A stretch of DNA of 64,000 nucleotides, from positions 60,266,963 to 60,330,962 of the forward strand of contig NC_068987.1 in assembly GCF_001194135.2 (NCBI RefSeq), in the 5' to 3' direction. A program made the translations under genes and the position numbers. The notes under the pieces are model-generated. The model was not told where the DNA came from. It was given only the letters and a program-made list of their open reading frames with translations, and searched no databases. Each line of letters starts with the position of its first letter. The first letter of the stretch is position 1. This stretch comes from Octopus bimaculoides (Eukaryota). Below, piece by piece: positions 37,958 to 51,081 of this stretch.

Positions 37958-39785
37958 CTACCTATCTATCTATCTATCTCTCATGCCTACCTTGGTTTAA
38001 CCAGCTAATAGAGAGCACACATCCCTATTTATGTCAACCAATAACCAAGAGCAATAGCACCGGCCAAACGGAAAGGAGCAACATAATCCTTACTCTTTCT
38101 TCCTCTCCATCAGCACAGCTAATGCACTACCACCAGCAAGCCACCAAAATATCATTACTATTGTCAGTCACTAGTATGTATAGTCTACTAACCACGGCTG
38201 GAAAATAAATTTGTTAATATTATTCTTTTCTCCTTCGCTGTTGTTACTACACTGTTTCATCCTACCTTCAACTGTCGATATATGGTGACCCTTCACATCT
38301 TACCACTACACTTAGTAACTCTGATGTACATGCACATCTTTCCATTATACCTATACAGGATGGGGTAGAGAAGACAGATGTATGTATATATGCATATGTA
38401 TATATATATTATTTATATTATTATATGATTGCATGCCATGCTTCCATTTCTAAGTAAGTTTATCTTAATAATTTTGATACAACTCTCTGTACTGTTCTTC
38501 TTCTCTCCGTCCTCCTCGTTTCCTCTCTCTTCCTTTCTTTAATTCTTTTTATCTCTCTTTCTCCCCCTAACCCTAACGCCCTAGTGAAAATCGTAGTATA
38601 TTTACAAAACATTGACGAACATGAGTTATATTTTAGTGAATGATTGTGTACTTGCACGTGTATGCGTTTGAGAGAGCGAGAGAGGAAGAGGTAAAGAGAG
38701 GGGGAGAAAGGAATAGAGAGAAAGAGAGGAAGGGAGAATGGAAGACAGTTATAATGTTGATGTGTGTATGTGTTTATGTGTATGTTGTTGTCACAGATCA
38801 CGTATGTGTGGTTGTGTGTGTTTTTACGTTTCTATGTTATGAAAAATATGTTAGAGGTAGATGGATACAAGAAAACTATTAAATGGGAGAGAGGAAGAAG
38901 AAAGAAGACCGTATGTATCACTTTCTCTCTCTCTCTCTCTCTCTCTCCCTCTCTCACTCTTACTCTCTATATTTTATGTTGAGCGCATGATATATATGTG
39001 TATAAGAACGCCGTTACAGGTAGAAGGAAAGAAATATAAAAGTTGCTAGAAACAACAGCCAAATCTCCCTTAAATCACACAAAGTAAACGGAATTTTAAA
39101 AATCTAATTACTGCACTGGAAAGTTCACATCGAGAAAATTTCATTGATGTAAAAAATTTTTACGAAAATGTGGAAAATGTGGATTTCTATAAACTTTTAA
39201 AAAGGCTTCACACAGACACACAACTTCAGCTTTATATATTAAGATATATAAATTCAAATAAGTTATCAATATTGTTAAAAAAATAACGATAAAGTGGCCA
39301 GTAAACATAACCCAAATATACAAAATATATCTTAAAAGTCAGTGTACACTGTGTACCTGTTTGCTTGAAAGAAGAGTTAAAACTCTCCAATACCACTCGT
39401 CTCACACTATATGTAAACACACACAGTGAATGTAGCAAATACATTTAGAAAAAGAGTTGTCCTCATTTGTAAAACTACAAAGAAGAGGTTAGATATCCCA
39501 GTATCAATTGATATCTAACCTTCACTTTATAGTTTTACAAATGGGGACAATCGTTTTTCTAAATGTATTTGCTACATTCTCCATGCATGTTTACATATAG
39601 TGAGAGATCCATGGTTTTGGAGAGATTTAACTCTTCTTTTATGCAAACAGGTACATATTGCACCCTGACTTTTAATACATATATATATATATATATATAC
39701 TTATATACATAAATGCATACATATACACACAAATGCATACATGCACACAGACACACACACATACATGCACAAACACACACACATA

Positions 39786-39838
<53 letters not shown>

Positions 39839-40729
39839 GTACTGTGATAAAAACTGCAATTAGCTCTAGAACAGTAGGTAGACAATAAAGAAATGAATCA
39901 AGGTAAATGTAGATTCATCGTGGGCACTAATGTTATTTAATGGTGTTTTAATTACCAGCTGTTTCTAATTTAGAAAATGTTGTCTGTGTAAGAATATTAT
40001 TACAGATTAACAAGATCAGCGATCAAAGACAATTCACCCATGGCCTTTATGTCTATGTTTCAAACATAATATATTTAGAACTACGTTATTTAAGATGTAG
40101 AAGGAAAGTAGGATCTGAGGGAAAATTTGGTCACTGTTTCTATCATATTAGAGACTATTAAGAAGCTTTGTAAGTGCCGCATGTTAAACATTTTAGTTGG
40201 ATAGTGACAGTAAGTGGCTTCATGATGTTACGTCTATTTCATGAGTGTTGTTCAAATAAACAAATGGTTTTTGTGATATTTATGAAGTGGTTTCCACATT
40301 TCAATTTTAATAATCTCAGTTTCAAGCAAACTCCTCACACACTCACATACACACATACACACACATGTATATATACATATACATAAATACACAACACACA
40401 TACACGCATATAGATATGCATGTGTGCGTGTGTGTGTGTGTGTGCACTCACACACTAACAAAAAAGCTTCTTCCAAAAAGGTTAGTAACATCCTGATAAA
40501 AGATTTTATAACTTTTTTTTCAATATTTTTTTTAAATCCCCTTTATACTAAAAGACTGTATTAAGTAATTTTCACAAAGATTTTCAAATCTCTCTCTCTC
40601 TCTCCCTAAATATATATATATATATATATATATATCATCATTGATGATATATATATATAGGAGAATTTATTTTTGAAAATGCACCAGAATTTGAAAAACA
40701 GTTGTTTTTAAATAGATTTATTTACATTC

Positions 40730-40771
40730 ATACCAAACTAGTTTCAACAATTTTTTGTTTATCAATGGTAC
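40730..40771 (-). ncRNA. Decayed type I hammerhead motif
   Basis: Minus strand: GTACCA-TTGATAA-ACAA(AAAA)TTGT-T-GAAA-CTAG-T-T-TGGTAT; 6-bp stem I and palindromic ACTAGT stem III, with the core mutated from CTGATGA. Confidence 0.5.
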
Positions 40772-41188
40772 AAATGTATATAAAACGATGGGATATTAAC
40801 ATAGTTTAAAATTAAGTAGAAATCAAGCAAACATATTTAAGCAATCAAATGTTCACATAAAATTGAATGACAAGGATAGATAATATCAAAGTAAATGTTC
40901 AATGAAGAATACAATAAATGTACATTACTAAAAGTTCAATTATATTGAGTTTTTATAGAATACATTGACAAGAGAGAGAAAAGAAAAGAGAATAAAAAAA
41001 GCTGTTTTTACAGTTTCTGTCATACTTGTAGTTTTTTGTTTTTTTTGTATACTGGGTTTTTCGCTTTCAACTACGTTGATGACGATATTGATGACAATAT
41101 TGATGATGATGATGATGACGACAATGATAATGACATTGATGATAATGATGATGATGCATGTGTGTTTGTCCTCATCTTGTTTGTTGTT

Positions 41189-41230
41189 TACATGTTTTGG
41201 CTGATATACCCTCCAGCCTTCATCAGGTGT
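41189..41230 (-). ncRNA. Decayed type I hammerhead motif
   Basis: Minus strand: ACAC-CTGATGA-A-GGCTG(GAGGGTATAT)CAGCC-AAAA-CATG-T-A; perfect 5-bp stem II, GAAA changed to AAAA, 3' strand of stem I lost. Confidence 0.6.
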
Positions 41231-41310
41231 CTTGGAGAAATTTCAAACTTGCCCAAGGTGTCATGCAGTGAAGCCAAACCCATTATGCTCTCTATTACAC
41301 TTTCACTATG

Positions 41311-42890
41311 AAAGGTGGTGTCTATACTTACATATTCTCCATGCTCCATGTCAGTCACTGCTCTTATATGGATATCAGCAATAATGACTCAAGTTCTCCT
41401 TCTTGTACTCCTCCAAATACATCAGCCCCCTTTATCACTCCCCTAATTTCTTGAACTACCAGCATCTCTTTAAGCATATTTCATCATGTTCTGAGAACAT
41501 ATAACCCATTTCACCCCTTTCAGAAATCATTATATCTGATGACTTTAGCTACCCTGTAAAAAACAAGCCTTTTGCATTCATCAAATCTCTTCACTAAAAT
41601 GTCTTATCCCACTCACACATCCTAAACCAGTCACAGTCAAACTACAGCCTACATGACTTTCTGAATGGAATCCCTAATATAAAATGACCTTGAATTTTTT
41701 TCAGGAGAATGGCTTGTTTGATGGTGAATTATGTCTCATGCAGCTCACTCCTTGAAAAAGGTTGCCCATACCTGTCCTAGACCATAGATGTGCTAAATAC
41801 CCTAAAACTCCAGGCATGGCTGAGTGGTAAGAAGCTGGGTTCAGTCCCTCTGCATGGCACCTTGGGAAAGTGTCTTCTACTATTGCTTTGGGTCAACCAA
41901 AGCTCTGTGAGTGGATTTGGTAGACGGAAACTGAAAGAAGCCTCTCATATATATGTGTATGTGCCTTTGTCTGTGTTTTCCCTCCACCACCACTTGATAA
42001 TCAGTATTGATGTAATTATGTCCCCACAACTTAGCAACTCAGCAAAACCGACCAATAGAATAAGTACCAGGCTTTACCAAAAAAAAATAAATAAATAAGT
42101 ACTGGAGTGAATTCTTTCAACAGAAATTCTTCAATTCCCCAGCATGGCCACAGTTTAATGAGAGAAACAAGTAAAATATAAACAATGAGAGATAAACCTA
42201 ATTGGTACCAACCTATGACTGTCGTTATACCAATTAGGTTGTCCAACCACTCTCCTCATCAGTGTTACCCAACACACATCCACATAACAGAGACTGATTA
42301 TCAAGTGGTGGTGGAGGGCAAACACAGACAAAGACACATACACATATACATGATGGGCTTCTTTCAGTTTCTGTCTACCAAATCCACTCATAAAGCTTTG
42401 GTTGGCCCAAGGCATTAGTAGAAGACACTTTCCCAAGGTGTCCTTTCTTCAACACTCCATGACACTCCAAGTCAGCTGACTCTTGGAAGCCCTACCAAGT
42501 GTAGGCCACTTGCTCTTAGTGCTTTATGTGCTTCCCTCTTGTAACATCAGAAACAGCTTGGCTGTCCTTTTGAATAAAACCCTACATGTCCCACATAAAA
42601 CAAAGACTAAATTCACTAAGTCTCCCAAGTGGTTTGCTCATATTGTGTTGCTGGGGTTTGGCAAAAATATTTAGACTTACATCTGGAAAAATCTTCCTGT
42701 ATTCTCTAAAACTGGACTATGTTGCTTATCCAGTAATGCAACTCCTGCAAGACCCCACTCCAAACTGCAAAAGAATTACTTTGTGCATTGTGCAGCCATC
42801 AAGCTGTTTCACCTTCCAAACAGCAGCTGATCCTTTTGATCTTTTGGCAAAAGAATATCCACAAATTTTGCAAACAAATTCCATCTGACT
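41311..42890 (+). pseudogene. Highly decayed CR1-group LINE (APE endonuclease and linker), interrupted by two family B SINEs
   Basis: KGGVYTY (41311), SEIIISDDFS (41520; cf. IILGDFN), YPTH and F*SFGKRISTNF; family B copies at ~41810-42185 (+) and ~42290-42440 (-). Confidence 0.5.
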
Positions 42891-43129
42891 CATGCAAGCA
42901 TAAAAGAAGTGGCTGTTAAAACAATCTTGATGTTGGTGATGATGATGACGATGATGATGATGACGATGACAGTGACGATGATGATGATGATGACGATGAT
43001 GATGAATATGCACGTGTGTGAATGTGTGCATGTATATCTGCGTATGTGTGTGTTATTATGTAAATAAATACACACTCATACATCACATATAGCGCCATGT
43101 ATACGTGTGTGTGTGTGTGTGTGTGCATG

Positions 43130-43187
<58 letters not shown>

Positions 43188-43985
43188 TATATTTCACACA
43201 AAAAAAAAGAAAGAATGAGATAGCAATCCAAAGAGGAAGCTGTTCACAGGAAAAACCTCCTACATGAAAGGATATGAAAGGAGAAAGGAGTGGGAAATAG
43301 AGCAACAGTGAGATATCAACAGCAACAACAACAACAACAACAACACTTCTATCAGTTACAACAGTAACAACAACATAACTCTATATATCAACACTTATCT
43401 ATAGCTACATCACCAGTTACAGAATCCACAAAAAGTGCTTATGCATGTCACTTAATTTGCTAGAAATGGCAGACAAATCTTTTACATCACACTTCCTGCC
43501 AAATGTAAGAAAGAAAAACATGTTGGATAACATAGTTCTGATACACAGAAATGACAGGATGGTCACAAATGGAATGGTTTTTGATCATAGATTTGTTTCA
43601 TCAAGAGTGTTTTAGGAACTCAAAAAACAACTATAGCAACAATAGCATTCAATTCATTAATAATGGTTTCTATTATAGGTACAAGGCAAGCAATTTTGAG
43701 GGGTTGGGGGTGGGGGTTTTAGTCAATTACATCAACCCCCACTATCAGTAACTGATTGGAATTTTAATTTATTGAACCCAGGACCAGTACTTTATGGGGT
43801 GTAGCTACATAAATGTGGCCCATTCCCCCATCAACTTTGTTTCCTCATAACCTTCAGAAAAATGGATAATTTTTCATGAAATTTTCTACAAATACCTTTC
43901 AGATGGAGTAGATTATAATTATAGTGGAATTTAAATTGAAAAATCAAATGGTAGGCAAGTGCACAAACATACAGACACACATCTC

Positions 43986-44052
<67 letters not shown>

Positions 44053-44067
44053 TACATATATATATAC

Positions 44068-44395
44068 ACCATCATCATCGTTTAACATCTGCTTTCCATG
44101 CTAGCATGAGTTGGATGATTTGACTGAGGACTGGTGAACCAGATGGCTACACCAGGCTCCAATCTTATTTGGCAGAGTTTCTACTGCTGGATGCCCTTCC
44201 TAATGCCATCCACTCCGAGAGTGTAGTGGGTGCTTTTACGTGCCACCGGCATGAAGGCCAGTCAGGTGGTACTGGCAACGGCCACGCTCAAAATGGTGTA
44301 TTTTACATGCCACCTGCACAGGAGCCATTCCAGCGGCACTGGCAACGATGTTGCTCAAATGACTTTTCATGTGCCACCGGCACAAGTGTCAGGAA
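44068..44395 (-). mobile_element. Family E RTE-tailed element with internal ~65-bp GTGCCAC-GGCAC repeats
   Basis: Reverse-complemented tail catcatcatcgtttaac, followed by repeat units. Confidence 0.8.
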
Positions 44396-44946
44396 TGCAA
44401 CATACATACACACACAAAACTTAAAATTTTTAAAAAATGTGATGTTTATCAATATGTATGTGTGCACACCCACCAATTAAAAAAAAAGTTTTTACATTAA
44501 CCTAAGATATAATTGTAATCTAAACAATTTGAAAGATACTTGTAGAAAATCTCTTTAAAAAATACCCATTTTTACTGAAAGTTGGGAAGAAACAAAGTTA
44601 TGGCAGGGAGCTAGGGGGCACATTTGTATAGGTCTGTATTGTAGGTCTATTGTAGGTCTGTGTAGGTCTATACTCTGTATTGTTCTGGATCTTGAGTCAA
44701 TAAAATAAATGATAAAAGTGACTTAGGTGAGTTTTAAATTTAGGTAATAAAGAGCTCATATAAATACAAGTTGTTTGATTAGCATTAGATACAAGTACAT
44801 CAGTTTTAGTAAGAACAACCATAACTGTAACAGCTAAAACTATAAATAATAAGAGCGTTGTAGTTCGCTTGAAGCATTGTAATATTGAAGAAGGTAAAAA
44901 AGAGAGAGAATAAGAAGCTTCTGACAATGCACAAAGTTCTATAAAG

Positions 44947-44984
44947 CCTTTATATTTCAGGTGCAAAGGCTCGTCTTCAGAAGT
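44947..44984 (-). ncRNA. Minimal type I hammerhead motif, weak stem II
   Basis: Minus strand: ACTT-CTGAAGA-CGAGCCTTTGCACCT-GAAA-TAT-A-AAGG. Confidence 0.5.
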
Positions 44985-45104
44985 AAAACAGTCTGGGAAA
45001 TGTCCAGTTATGCAAGTTCCATTGACTTGTGCTGCTGTTACATAGCGCTAGGTGATTTGAATGGGTTAATGGAACCTGCATAACTAGACATTTCCCAAAC
45101 TTTT

Positions 45105-45142
45105 TCTTCTGAAGATGGGCTTTTGCACCTGAAATATAAAGG
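45105..45142 (+). ncRNA. Minimal type I hammerhead ribozyme
   Basis: TCTT-CTGAAGA-T-GGG(CTTTTGCA)CCT-GAAA-TAT-A-AAGG; palindromic ATAT stem III, predicted AUA cleavage after 45138. Confidence 0.6.
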
Positions 45143-46544
45143 TTTTATAAATCTTTTCGAACTGTCAAAAGCTTTCTATTTTCTCTCTTTTTTACCTTCT
45201 ATAAATAATATCAACATCACTAAGAACAACATCTAAACAGCTTTTTATTGATCAGAATTATTAAAGCATAGAATAAACTACTGGTATTAAGCATTAACCC
45301 TTTGCCTGTCCTATGTATTTCTTGTTATACACGAGACATATTTCCCTGGTGTCTATGCATCATATATGATATGCATTCCCAATTTCTTTCATCTACCAGA
45401 GTAACTTGCGACTTATGAGAGGAAAGCTTTATATTACTCAGATCATATGAAATGAGGTTAATTAATAGTGTGAAAGCAAACAAGAATGTTCAGAAGAAAC
45501 TTATGAAAATGCTTTGACACAGGGAATGGAATAAAATTCACCAATACTAAACAAGTTTATGCTCCCTAACACATTATGGCTTTTTTTGCTGTTCACTTCC
45601 CAAGCTTTTTGTGCTTTATTCTGTGTAGTATTTGCTTTCATTCCTGGCTATCATTGTGTTATGTCTCAAGCTACTGCTGTCTAGCACCTTCGGATGATCT
45701 CTGCTCAACTGATACTCAACAGCTACTCAACTGTCAGTCGACCATCAGTCCACTACTACCACGGTCAGACTACATCTATTTATATGTCTTGGTTGAGCCT
45801 ACTTCTTCGTTTAGGGGCATCGACACAACATATTGTTTACCTTTACTTTACTTATTGCTGCTTCTTATCCCCTTTTTTACCCTTTTCTAATGAGCTGTAG
45901 TATACCTGAACATTATTATCTTAGACCAGTGGTTCTCAACCATGGTCCACATCACCCTTAGGGGTCCATATTAGATTTTAGTATTAAAATTTACGTGCAA
46001 TGAGTTGGTTACACTTCTGCAATATACAGAATATTTGAACAATTTCTATACAATTCCTAATATTTAATTCCTCCTCTGGAGTAACTCCATTTCAGTCACT
46101 TTTTCATGATCATATTCTTTCAGTCATTACCAAAGGTTCTTGACCATAGTTAAGGGTTGGCATGAACACCAAACTGAAGACAGAGAGTCTGGTTTTTACA
46201 CCCACCTTTTTTCTTCTGAAGATTGAATGCTTAAGTATCTTAAAAAAATAAAAAAGGACAAATCAGATAATGAAGTTTGATATAAACTATATCTAGGAAA
46301 GATCATATATCTGTTTGGTCAGTGCTGTTTTGGGGGTAAACAGATACAACAATCTGGAGTATGTGATTTGAAAATCAGTTTGCTCAATACTTTCTGAGTA
46401 CAGAGATTTTACATGTGCTTTTACGCTAAGCATTTAACAATAAGTTAAGATCAATGACACGTTTTCATAGTCTCTTTTATAGGAACAAAATTTCAAGTTT
46501 CTTTACTACTTTTTCCTACTTTCATTTTTTCTTTTTTTGTAATC

Positions 46545-46649
46545 CTAAATCACATGACTCCAGTTAAAGGAAGACTGAGAGGTAACTAACAGATGTTGTT
46601 GGCAGGAATTTTTGTGCAATTTAGATGACAGTTTTTTCACTGCACCCTG
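46545..46649. mobile_element. Solitary terminal fragment of a maT-type element
   Basis: ATTTAGATGACAGTTTTTTCACTGCACCCTG is the reverse complement of the TIR at 31763, with one or two mismatches. Confidence 0.75.
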
Positions 46650-46665
46650 CATATATAAATGCATG

Positions 46666-46746
<81 letters not shown>

Positions 46747-47237
46747 NNNNNNNNNNNNNNNNNNNNNNNNNNNNNNNNNNNNNNNNNNNNNNNNNNNNNN
46801 NNNNNNNNNNNNNNNNNNNNNNNNNNNNNNNNNNNNNNNNNNNNNNNNNNNNNNNNNNNNNNNNNNNNNNNNNNNNNNNNNNNNNNNNNNNNNNNNNNNN
46901 NNNNNNNNNNNNNNNNNNNNNNNNNNNNNNNNNNNNNNNNNNNNNNNNNNNNNNNNNNNNNNNNNNNNNNNNNNNNNNNNNNNNNNNNNNNNNNNNNNNN
47001 NNNNNNNNNNNNNNNNNNNNNNNNNNNNNNNNNNNNNNNNNNNNNNNNNNNNNNNNNNNNNNNNNNNNNNNNNNNNNNNNNNNNNNNNNNNNNNNNNNNN
47101 NNNNNNNNNNNNNNNNNNNNNNNNNNNNNNNNNNNNNNNNNNNNNNNNNNNNNNNNNNNNNNNNNNNNNNNNNNNNNNNNNNNNNNNNNNNGTGGTGGAA
47201 ATGTCAACAATGATGACAACAGCAACAATAATGTTGA

Positions 47238-47270
<33 letters not shown>

Positions 47271-48264
47271 ATGTGGTAGTGGTGGTGGTGGTGGTGGTGG
47301 CAGCGGTGGTGGTGGTGACGATGATGATAGTGATGGTGATGACAGTGATATTGTGTACAATACTGATCTCCAGCAGAGTTGCTTTAGCAACACAGAAGAT
47401 TTATACACATAATCCATTTTGGAAAATATTAAATATAGAACAAACAAATATAAGTTACAATCACATAAGAATGATTTCTTTTGACATGACACAAAACCAA
47501 ATATAGTAGAATAGATATTACTCTCCATAGAAAACACTTGATAGATTTGTCTGCATCACAACAAAGTCTAACACATCTCTATCCATCTCCATACATGACT
47601 ACCATTCTGAAATTATTGGCATCACAATGCCACCCTCCTTTCATAGTGTGTCAGATATAACTTATAGAGAGTAAGGAAAAAGAAAGAAGCCTGGACATCA
47701 TTTGCGAGTATGTATGACATCATAGTATGTACCATATATTTGTTGATTGTATTGGGTACCAATGTATAATGCGGGTGTGGTAATAGGTACAGGTGTGGTA
47801 TTGATGCAAGCATGGTATGAGCACAGGCATGGTATTAAGTGCTGGCATAGCTGTGTGGGAAGAAGTTTGCTTTCCGACCACATAAATCTAGGTTCAATTC
47901 CACTGCATGGCATCTTAGGCAAGTGTTTTGATGCAGGCATGGCTGTGTGGTAAGAAGTTTTCTTCCCAACCACATGGTTCCAAGTTCTCTCCTACTGCAT
48001 AGTGCCTTGGGCAAGCGTCTTCTATTACAGCCTTGGGCTGACCAAAGCCTTGTGTGTGCATGTGTGTGTGTATGTGCTTGCATGTGTGTGTGCACGTGTG
48101 TGTGTATGTGTGTATATATATATATANNNNNNNNNNNNNNNNNNNNNNNNNNNNNNNNNNNNNNNNNNNNNNNNNNNNNNNNNNNNNNNNNNNNNNNNNN
48201 NNNNNNNNNNNNNNNNNNNNNNNNNNNNNNNNNNNNNNNNNNNNTATGTGTGTGTCTGTGTGTG

Positions 48265-48319
<55 letters not shown>

Positions 48320-49129
48320 ATATGTGTGTGTATCTCTGTGTGTGTATGTATATATTTGTGTGTGTGCATTTGGTGTCTTTGTTGGGTATGTTTCCATAAC
48401 TTAGCATTTTGGCAAAAGAGACCAATAGAATAAGTACCAGGCTTTAAAAATAAGTGCTGGTGTCACCATCATGCAAGCAGTGTCCTTCATTCAACTCCCA
48501 TGAAAATATGTCTAGTCATGGGGAAATATTACCTTGCTTGGAAACAGGTGAGGGTTCGCAACAAAAATGGCATCCAGCTATAAAAAATCTGCCTCAGCAA
48601 AATTCCATCTAACCCATGCAAGCATGAAAAAATGGACAGTAATGTAGTCTCAATCAGACATAGACAGGCGGAGAGAGCTGCACCAATAAGTCAGCTGTTA
48701 CTCATTTTCTTCTAAGTAACCTGGGTCCATGTGAATTTCAAGTGTCTTTTACAAAGACACAATGTGCCGCTCAACCCAGAAATTGAATCTACTGCTTTAT
48801 TATCAATATACCAACACCCAAACACTGTGTGACATACCTTCGCTATATCTCACCTCGTTTTTCCTCTGGTTTCTTCTGGTCAGTGCCATAGCAAGTTGCA
48901 AGTTCTTCTGAGCAGGTTGTTCGTTTTTCAAAGAATAGTCAGATGATGGGGCTGCCATTTTGGCAACAGGTCAATGTGCCATGGGTCATCGCTGGTCTGG
49001 AACCCTCCTGAGAGACCGGCCAGCCTAGGATGGCCCTACCAGGTGCAAAGCTCCAACAGTAACATTCTCCCAGGTCTATGGAAACATGCAATCCCCCTCG
49101 CAATGACAAAGTCAAACCCAGGAGGGGGA

Positions 49130-49473
49130 CAGCATCGCCTTCCTGGCACTTGTGCCGGATGGCACGTGTAAAGACATTCGAGCGAGATCGTTACCAGTGC
49201 CGCCAAACTGGCTCCTGTGTAGGTGGCACATAAAATACACCATTTTGAGCATGGCCGTTGCCAGTACCACCTGACTGGCCCTCGTGTCGGTGGCACGTAA
49301 AAGCACCCACTACACTCTTGAAGTGGTTGGCGTTAGGAAGGGCATCCAGCTGTAGAAACTCTGCCAAATCAGATTGGAGCCTGGTGTAGCCATCTGGTTT
49401 CACCAGTCCTCAGTCAAATCGTCCAACCCATGCTAGCATGGAAAGCGGACGTTAAACGACGATGATGATGATG
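49130..49473 (+). mobile_element. Family E element with internal repeats and complete RTE-type tail
   Basis: GTGGTTGGCGTTAGGAAGGGCATCCAGCTG…GGACGTTAAACGACGATGATGATG. Confidence 0.85.
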
Positions 49474-50291
49474 TAGCTGTCACTCACAAACAGGTATGAC
49501 TTAATGGCATGGATCATGCTTTTGCTAATTGTTTTAGTTTCAGATCCCTATGTCAGTCACAAGCATGGGTGTAGACACCCTCTTGTATATCCCACATTTG
49601 AACCTATGGAACATCAAAGAAGTGATAACTGGAAGGAGAGTGAGCTGCACCAACAGTCAGTTATTATTGATTTCCAGCTAAGTAGACTAGAGTAGTGTGA
49701 AATAGCTATAATTGAAATGCCTTTGGTCATAGGTCTCATCAATCATTAGGTCTCATCAATCATTGTTGACCTGTGGCTAAATAACAGTAACAACAGCATC
49801 AACGACAATAACAAGTGACAATAAGCGTGTCTCTATTGCAGTAGCGGACCTGCTTGAAATAGCAGCTACATCTTCAAATAATGTGTTGCTGTCTAAAAAG
49901 GGAGGGTTCTATGTACTTGCTTGACCTGCAGAAAATAACAGCTGAATCTACTTCAAATCACATACCATACCATCTTAAAAGTAAGAGAAATAATAATGTC
50001 TGAAAAATGATGGAATGGTCATGGCTAGACCCCCTTAGATTATAATCATATTCTGTTATATTCTACTAATGATGACTTGGCATTTCATGACTACAAAGCA
50101 ATCACTTTATTAGATATAATGAAGATTCTTTAATGATTCTCCATTACAGCTGATAAATAACTAATCCTTATAATCATTATAGCTAATCTTCCTTATCACT
50201 AATGAGAAATATTTTATTATTTTATCATGTGTATAAGATTAATATAGCACATATAACTATCTTAATATATGTATATATATATATATATATA

Positions 50292-50322
<31 letters not shown>

Positions 50323-50324
<2 letters not shown>

Positions 50325-51040
50325 TCATCATCATCGTTTAACGTTGGCTTTCCATGCTAGCATGGGTTGGACGATTTGACTGAGGACTGGTGAACCAGAT
50401 GGCTACACCAGGCTCCAATCTGATTTGGCAGAGTTTCTACAGCTGGATGCCCTTCCTTACGCCAACCACTCCAAGAGTGTAATGGGTGCTTTTACGTGCC
50501 ACTGGCACAAAGGCCAGTCAGGAGGTACTGGCAACGGCCATGTTCGAAATGGTGTATTTTAAGTGCCACCTGCACAAGGGCCAGTCCAGCGGTACTGGCA
50601 ATGAACTCGCTCGAATGTCTTTTCACATGCCACTGGCACAAGTGCCAGGAAGGCGACACTGGTAACGGTCATGCTCAAATGGTGCTATTTATGTGCCACA
50701 AGCACGAAAGCCAGACAGCTGGTGCTCTGGCAACGATCACACTCGGATGGTGCTCTTAGTGATCTACTGGTACAAGTGCCATCATGATTTCGCTTTTGCT
50801 TGCCCCAACAGGTCTTCGCAAGCTGAGTTTAGTGTTCAATGAAGACGTTGGCATGGGTGCCAGTCATCAAATTTAGTTCGATTTTGATTTCACTTGCCTC
50901 AACAAATCTTCGCAAGCAGAGTTTATTGTCCAAAGAAGGAATGTTACGCATAAGTGGGCTGGCTACATCCCTGGCAGAGGCCTTGGATTTTGGTTTCACT
51001 TGGCTTGCAGGGTCTTCTCACGCATGGTCTCACTTGGCTT
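50323..51040 (-). mobile_element. Longest family E copy, with about four ~65-bp repeat units and a second ~95-bp duplication
   Basis: Units start gtgccactggcac, gtgccacctgcac, atgccactggcac and gtgccacaagcac (50496-50760). Confidence 0.8.
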
Positions 51041-51048
51041 GCTGAGTC

Positions 51049-51081
<33 letters not shown>

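Larger units (their letters stand above)
44890..45199. repeat. ~133-bp diverged inverted repeat (44890-45023 / 45068-45199), 44-nt spacer
   Basis: For example cctttatatttcaggtgcaaag pairs with cttttgcacctgaaatataaagg, and tgggaaatgtccagttatgcaagttccatt pairs with aatggaacctgcataactagacatttccca. Confidence 0.92.

Noticed and set aside
45926-46170. hAT-Charlie MITE starting CAGTGGTTCTCAACC
   Set aside because: One end is recognisable, but no convincing second TIR or 8-bp TSD was found.
49385-49415. Minus-strand CTGAGGA-CTGGT-GAAA in family E
   Set aside because: Five nucleotides cannot form stem II; other copies read GAAC.
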